Virus record (IMG/VR): IMGVR_UViG_3300037755_001279 | Span: 62,510 to 126,509 of that record | DNA: 64,000 bases | Direction: 5' to 3' (one strand) | Origin: a virus | Part shown: positions 58,981-64,000 of the stretch, in pieces | Position numbering within the stretch: position 1 is the first letter of the stretch | Layout: the number at the start of each line of letters is the position of its first letter | The notes under the pieces: generated by a model | What the model was told of the DNA's origin: nothing | Database searches by the model: none | Seen by the model: only the letters and a program-made list of their open reading frames with translations | Made by a program: the position numbers and the translations under genes

Positions 58981-59928
58981 CTAGCGCTTGCGCTCCGGCC
59001 GGATGAAGCGACCGCCGATGACTACGCCCGGGTTGATCAGGCGGGTGTTTTGGCTTCCGTGGTCAAGCCTGACGTTGATGGCGTGGTCTGGCCGGCAGCC
59101 GCCAGTTGCCTGGCCAACTGGCTCGCCAAGAGCCACGGCGGCGGGCACGTCCCCAACGTCTTCCTGCGATCCGTCACCGGCTGGCTCTTGTGGCGTGGCC
59201 AGCTCACGCCCGAGCTGGCGCGGTGGGAGACTGGCCGGGCGCGTGCGCGCGACCTGGGGCTCGATGCCGGTGTGACCGCTGAATTCACTCGGCTGTGGAA
59301 CCTGCGTCGGTACGTCGCCGCGTGGCGGCTGCGGTCGGGCTGACGCAATGCGCCGCAAGACATTGTGAAGCCCGACGCGGCGCACCTCGGCATGTTGTGC
59401 TTGCATTGCCTCGAACACAACATCGAGCTGCAACCCGCCAGATTTAGTGTCGCGCACAAATCGCTGCCGGAAGCTGACGCCGGTAGCACCGGTGCGGATC
59501 GCGTGGCAGCTGTCGCAGTACACATCACACGCGGTGGCGGCGGCAAATAGTTGGTCGATGTCGGCACCCTGTGCGGTCAAGTCGAACATGGACGGCGTGC
59601 CGCTACGGTGCGGAACGAAGCGGAATGCCAGGATATTTTGCACAGTAGCTGCCGTATCAGCGCGAAGCCCACAATCACGGCACGCTGATTGCGTCAACCG
59701 GTGGCAGACCCACAGCTGGGCGACCTCAACACGCGCAGTCAAGCCTGACCGCGGCCGCGGCGCAACACCCGTCTTTCGGTTAGTCCGTGCACGGGTTGAT
59801 GCGGCAACGCTCCGTTGGTGCCGGCACGGGTCGCAGTAGCGTTGCTTGGTCGCCGGCATCCCTGGCCAGGGGCGCAGCTCGATCCGGTTCTCACATGCGG
59901 CATCGGCGCACGCCTTGGTTTGGGGCAT
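58981..59928 (-). CDS. Degenerate HNH-like zinc-binding protein
   Basis: CRDCG...CDVYCDSCHAIRT; catalytic DH not evident; 3' part overlaps a + strand ORF. Confidence 0.5.
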   Translation of the reverse strand: MPQTKACADAACENRIELRPWPGMPATKQRYCDPCRHQRSVAASTRARTNRKTGVAPRPRSGLTARVEVAQLWVCHRLTQSACRDCGLRADTAATVQNILAFRFVPHRSGTPSMFDLTAQGADIDQLFAAATACDVYCDSCHAIRTGATGVSFRQRFVRDTKSGGLQLDVVFEAMQAQHAEVRRVGLHNVLRRIASARPQPPRGDVPTQVPQPSEFSGHTGIEPQVARTRPASLPPRQLGRELATPQEPAGDGSQEDVGDVPAAVALGEPVGQATGGCRPDHAINVRLDHGSQNTRLINPGVVIGGRFIRPERKR

Positions 59929-59989
59929 CCAACATCCGTATACGGATTTGTACGTCGGGACAAGATCCAGGATGCGTAAATTCAGCAGT

Positions 59990-60190
59990 AGTTATCGACG
60001 GCCGACATCTTTCTATTTTGGGTTTTCCCAGCTGACATCTTTTTCCTGTGGGACTTTTTCCTTGGAAACTAGATATTGAGCCCAAATCGATGCCAGCAAA
60101 AATACTTCCTGGTAGAGATCACTTTTAGAAAGATGTCGATCTATTGATTTTGTTATGGTTTTTTTGAATCGTTATTCGCATCACGCTACC
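59990..60190. other. AT-rich intergenic region with inverted repeats; candidate replication origin
   Basis: T/A tracts in a GC-rich genome; CGACATCTTTCTA (60003-60015) inverted at 60126-60138; partial third copy at 60034-60042. Confidence 0.45.
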
Positions 60191-60330
60191 AAACGGCGTA
60201 CTGTTGTGTGGCGGCTTACGGTGCGCACTGCGGTCGGCCCGAGCAAAGTAGCAAAATCGTGATGCACGGTGGCATGGGTGATAGCCCCCGGTATTGACGG
60301 CGTAACGGTGCCGCGATACGTAATGACGAC

Positions 60331-61401
60331 ATGCCGCCGACGCCCAAGATCCACGTTGCGTTGACCGCTGCCGTCCTGAAGCGTTTTGAAGAGTCTGCGG
60401 CTGCAGCCGGGCTGCCCGTTGCCGACTACGCTGCGTTGGTTTTGGCGCAGCACGCCATCGGTGCATCGCCGCCCGGTAAGCGACCTGTCGGACGGCCGAT
60501 CACACCACACGAGGACATGCCGCCGGGTATTGAGCGTGCTGTGACCGTCAGCGGTTTCGTCGGCGTGACGAAGCACGGCCGGAATTGGCAGGCCAAGGCC
60601 GGCCGTGAAGCGATCGGCGTCTTCAGCTCGCCAGAGCTGGCGGCGTTCGCGCGGCACTTCGTGTTGCAGGGGTTCTACGTCGGTCGCGGCGCGTACTTTG
60701 AAGCTGCTGGGATGGCACCTGACGCAGCCCAGGAGTTGGCACGCCGCGCTGGGTTTGGGTCGATCCGCCCCAAGGTGATCGCACCTGCGTCGCCCACTGC
60801 GCTGACGACCGCGCCGCACACCGGCGATTGGGACGACGCCTGCCATACCTGCGGCTACGTGCCTTGCCGCTGCGATGACCGGTTCGACTTCAAAGAAAGC
60901 GGCTCCTCGGCCGGTCCGACACCTACCGAAGAGCCAAGGGAGACGCCTGCACCCGCTGATGGGGGGGACGGGGCGATGTCTACGACCTCAACCGAGAGCG
61001 TCGCACAGATGTCCGTGATGGATCAAGTGCGTTCGGGCATTTCCTTGCGCGACGTACCTGGCCGCGGGCTGCTGCCGGGCAGCGTTATTCGCCTTCCCGC
61101 AGCTCGTCGAATCCGTGACGTGAGCGCAACGGCGCCGCGCGTTTCGCCGCGCACCGTCGCGGCCGCACTCGGCGCTGTCGTCTGGGCTCAGTGTCCGGTC
61201 TGCAATGGACCGATGGACTACGCGGTGCCACGGAAACATGAAGCGCTGTGTCCACCTTGTAGCGAGCTTCGTGACGCCTGGGACGCGTTGCCACCGGCTG
61301 GCACACCGCCCGAGCCAGCCGCCGACGGCAGCTACACGTTACAGAGCGCGCCGGCGGCGGAATCGTTCGTCGAATACGTCAAGCGAGTGCGCGGGCTGTG
61401 A
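60331..61401 (+). CDS. DNA-binding protein with RHH-like N-terminus, AT-hook-like motif and AP2 domain
   Basis: KIHVALT...AAGLPVADYAALVL; KRPVGRP; SGFVGV...WQA...IGVFSSPELAA. Confidence 0.65.
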   Translation: MPPTPKIHVALTAAVLKRFEESAAAAGLPVADYAALVLAQHAIGASPPGKRPVGRPITPHEDMPPGIERAVTVSGFVGVTKHGRNWQAKAGREAIGVFSSPELAAFARHFVLQGFYVGRGAYFEAAGMAPDAAQELARRAGFGSIRPKVIAPASPTALTTAPHTGDWDDACHTCGYVPCRCDDRFDFKESGSSAGPTPTEEPRETPAPADGGDGAMSTTSTESVAQMSVMDQVRSGISLRDVPGRGLLPGSVIRLPAARRIRDVSATAPRVSPRTVAAALGAVVWAQCPVCNGPMDYAVPRKHEALCPPCSELRDAWDALPPAGTPPEPAADGSYTLQSAPAAESFVEYVKRVRGL

Positions 61402-62153
61402 CAGGGCGCGGGGAAAACAGTCACGTGAGTCAAGCTGGTCGTTGGGCGCTGTGTTGGGTACACGCCGATCATATCAGCCCGTGGGTCGGCATAAATAATG
61501 CTGGCCGTGTTTCGTACACCGTCCACGCGACGATCAATGACGGTGCTCTACGCTCCGTTAGCTTCGTCGTCACGAACACTTTCATAGCGGTCCGCGCCGC
61601 CGTACAAGAGGCGGTCATTGCATTGCTGGACAACCTCCAAACAGCACCCGACTGGTCGACGTGCCTGATGGTCATCGCACAGTGCGACTGGCGGTCTAAC
61701 GATGACGTTCAAACTGTGTTCAACGTCCTCGCCGCGGCACGGGCGGCGATGTGACAGACGCTGGACGGTATCGGATGGGATGGGGGTCCTGGATTGCTAC
61801 GTACAGGGGCAACGACCACGTGATCGGCCTTCGACGACTAGGCTGGGGTGTGTTCGACGTGCCCGACAGGGCGTTCGTTAGCCTGAACACTGTTTATCAT
61901 AGGCTCAATAACCTAAGTCGCTTTAGCTTGAGAGCGGTGATGAAATCTAATCAATTCGCTTCTTGGCACAGCATCGCAACCAAAATACGTGACCGCAGCG
62001 CCGTATTTTTCGCTGCCGTCTTCACGCGCTTGTTCTTACTGCCACCTGACCTCCGTGAGTTGGTGATCATTGCGCTGCTTGACGTGGGCGAAGAAATCTC
62101 AGGTGTCAAAGATTCACAGGTCCGCGTCTTTTGGAATGTCTACAAAGCCGCCG

Positions 62154-62849
62154 TCAGCGAGGGTCGTCGAAGGTGCCGCGCTGAAGGAACCGCAGCACCA
62201 GGCGGTGTACCTCCGGCGTGTCCATAATGGCCGTATGGCTAGCATCTACGGTGGTGAACGCGGCCACACCATCTAGCTTGGTTTCTTCGACGGCCACCGT
62301 GCCGTCGTGTTCGGTTTTACCGTCGAAGACACGGTGAGAGATCAAAACGCTGGTCGGGTTCATCACGTCGCGCTTGCGCGTGCCGGCGATGACAGCGAAC
62401 GGCGCCGGTGGGAAAGGCCAGGCACGGTGCGCAGATGCTTCTGTCACCGCACCGAGCGCTTTCCCGGCGGGGCCCATCACCGTCGTGAACGCCCAGCTGA
62501 AGGCACCGTCCATCATCGCTGCTGCCACCGCGCTGCCCTGGTTCGGCGGCGCCAGCATGACGATCCGCCGCCAGCGGATCCGATCGTCGCGGATGTGGCG
62601 CAGCAAGATGCCGCCCAGGGAGTGCGTCACCGCGTGCAGCGGTCGGTCTTTCCAGTCCTGGCGTAGCCGGCTGGCGAGCCGGCGCGCTAGCTTGTCGATC
62701 GGCAGCGTTGTCGACGGATAGTCGTAGGATTTGGTGTCCTTGAAGCCACCAGCGTTGAGTGCCGCCTCCAGCTTGTGCATCGAGCTGGCGCCACGGGCCA
62801 GGCCGTGCAGCAAGATGACGGCGGGCGGTTTGTCAGGCTTCTTGGCCAT
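62154..62849 (-). CDS. Alpha/beta-hydrolase (lipase-like)
   Basis: LHGLAR, THSLGG nucleophile elbow, APPNQGS, HDGTV, catalytic His in ASHT. Confidence 0.9.
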   Translation of the reverse strand: MAKKPDKPPAVILLHGLARGASSMHKLEAALNAGGFKDTKSYDYPSTTLPIDKLARRLASRLRQDWKDRPLHAVTHSLGGILLRHIRDDRIRWRRIVMLAPPNQGSAVAAAMMDGAFSWAFTTVMGPAGKALGAVTEASAHRAWPFPPAPFAVIAGTRKRDVMNPTSVLISHRVFDGKTEHDGTVAVEETKLDGVAAFTTVDASHTAIMDTPEVHRLVLRFLQRGTFDDPR

Positions 62850-64000
62850 GGCGAGTGAACCGTTCGATCAATGTTACCGTCGCGCATAAGCACGGCCCAC
62901 ACAGCTCGCCGAGCACACCGCGCGGTCGTGCGTTGCCGTGGTCCGCGCCGGCGTGGCAGCGCGCCTCGGGAACTTCGACCGTCGACGGGTGGATGACCCG
63001 GCCGAGCACGATCTCGACGGCCGGTGGTTTGTCAGGTTTCCGGGGCAGCATGGCCATTTCGCAGGCGCAGCAATTCGGCGACGACACCGTACGGTTGACG
63101 GTGCACCAGACAACCATGGTAACGACCGTAAACAACGCGAACGAAGAAGTGACGCGCACCGCAGTATACGACCAAACTGTCGCCGCCGTCACCAGACATC
63201 GCAATGACGCCATTGAACGCGATCCAAATTGGTAGCCCGCCCCAGACCAGGCCCCACTTGAATTGCGTGGGCACGATCTCGTGTGTTGCAAAGGCTTCGT
63301 GCCACACGATGATGTCGTACGGCAAGCGGCTCACGGCGTCTCGCACTCCTCGTAACTCTGCACGCCTTCCTTGACCTCGTTGAGCTTGCCGCGCAATCGG
63401 TTGACGTCGTCGAGCGACAGCGTGCGCCCGTGTGCATCAAGTAGCTGTTCGCACACCTCGGCGAGCATCGCGACAAGCTGCCAGGCGACCGATGGCCCTC
63501 TCACTGTGCCACGCCGACGAACAACGCGGCGTCCGCGCCAATGTAGCAGCGCACGTTCTTGCCCTCCGCGGCGTTGTAATCCGCGATATCCTCGCGCGCT
63601 TTGTTGATCAACTCGACGCCGTGTACACCATCCTCGGTGGCGACGCGAATGTAGTGCGGGCTGTCCGGTGTGTCAGCCGGGGTGATGAACGGCACGATGG
63701 GTTGACCTGGAAGGAAGTCGGCGATCTCCGGGTGGATGACGATGGCCTCACGCATGACGGTTGACAGGCGCCAGTGCCAGCGCTGCCGAGCCGCCTGAGC
63801 GTCGAGGATCGCTTGCACCCTGGACCACACGGCGGCAAGCACCTCCGCTTACCGCAACCGCGGTGGCCCGCGCTTCGATTGGAGAAATCGCCGTGGCGTA
63901 GATGACGTGCTTGCCGTCGATGTGCAGCCGCCACTCAGCTGTGTCGTTCGTTGACAACCGGCAGGGACCGATTGTGCGTGCGACCTCGTTGATATAATCA

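Noticed and set aside
60294-60322. Sigma70 promoter for the AP2 gene
   Set aside because: TTGACG is present but the -10 at 17 bp (TACGTA) is weak

Overview
A 64-kb internal segment of a large, GC-rich dsDNA bacterial virus (or virus-like element). The host is probably in Myxococcota, inferred from a myxobacterial-type winged-helix DNA-binding protein, a myxobacterial-type FHA protein and a PGKxT-motif protein. No terminase, portal or tail genes are visible. Layout: 1-16.6 kb is + strand and packed with short overlapping hypothetical genes plus a tyrosine recombinase and an XRE regulator. 17-27 kb holds thioredoxin, three tRNAs, a ~324-nt structured RNA, two paralogous putative jelly-roll capsid-like genes, membrane proteins and a family of small proteins ending in LxG plus poly-Arg. 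29-49 kb is a nucleotide-metabolism and replication module (DGQHR protein, Nudix, DEDDh exonuclease, 5'-nucleotidase, MazG, Dam, UDG-fused PolA, ThyX, Sak4-like ATPase, PD-(D/E)XK nuclease, SNF2 helicase, SF3-like helicase). 50-64 kb is accessory, with an AT-rich origin-like interval. Most notable: (1) an LxG/poly-Arg tag shared by unrelated small proteins, suggesting a virion cargo-loading and maturation system; (2) 18 copies of a promoter motif YGTCGG-N7-TGn-TAnnnT, often bidirectional and often leaderless, with a viral AP2 protein as candidate activator; (3) a 97-nt RNA resembling the tRNA-like domain of tmRNA (G3.U70) with no mRNA domain; (4) a transposase-free cassette with 25-bp terminal inverted repeats and an 8-bp target duplication that carries only a DNA methyltransferase and splits a gene. 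All family assignments come from recognising motifs by eye; no database search was run.
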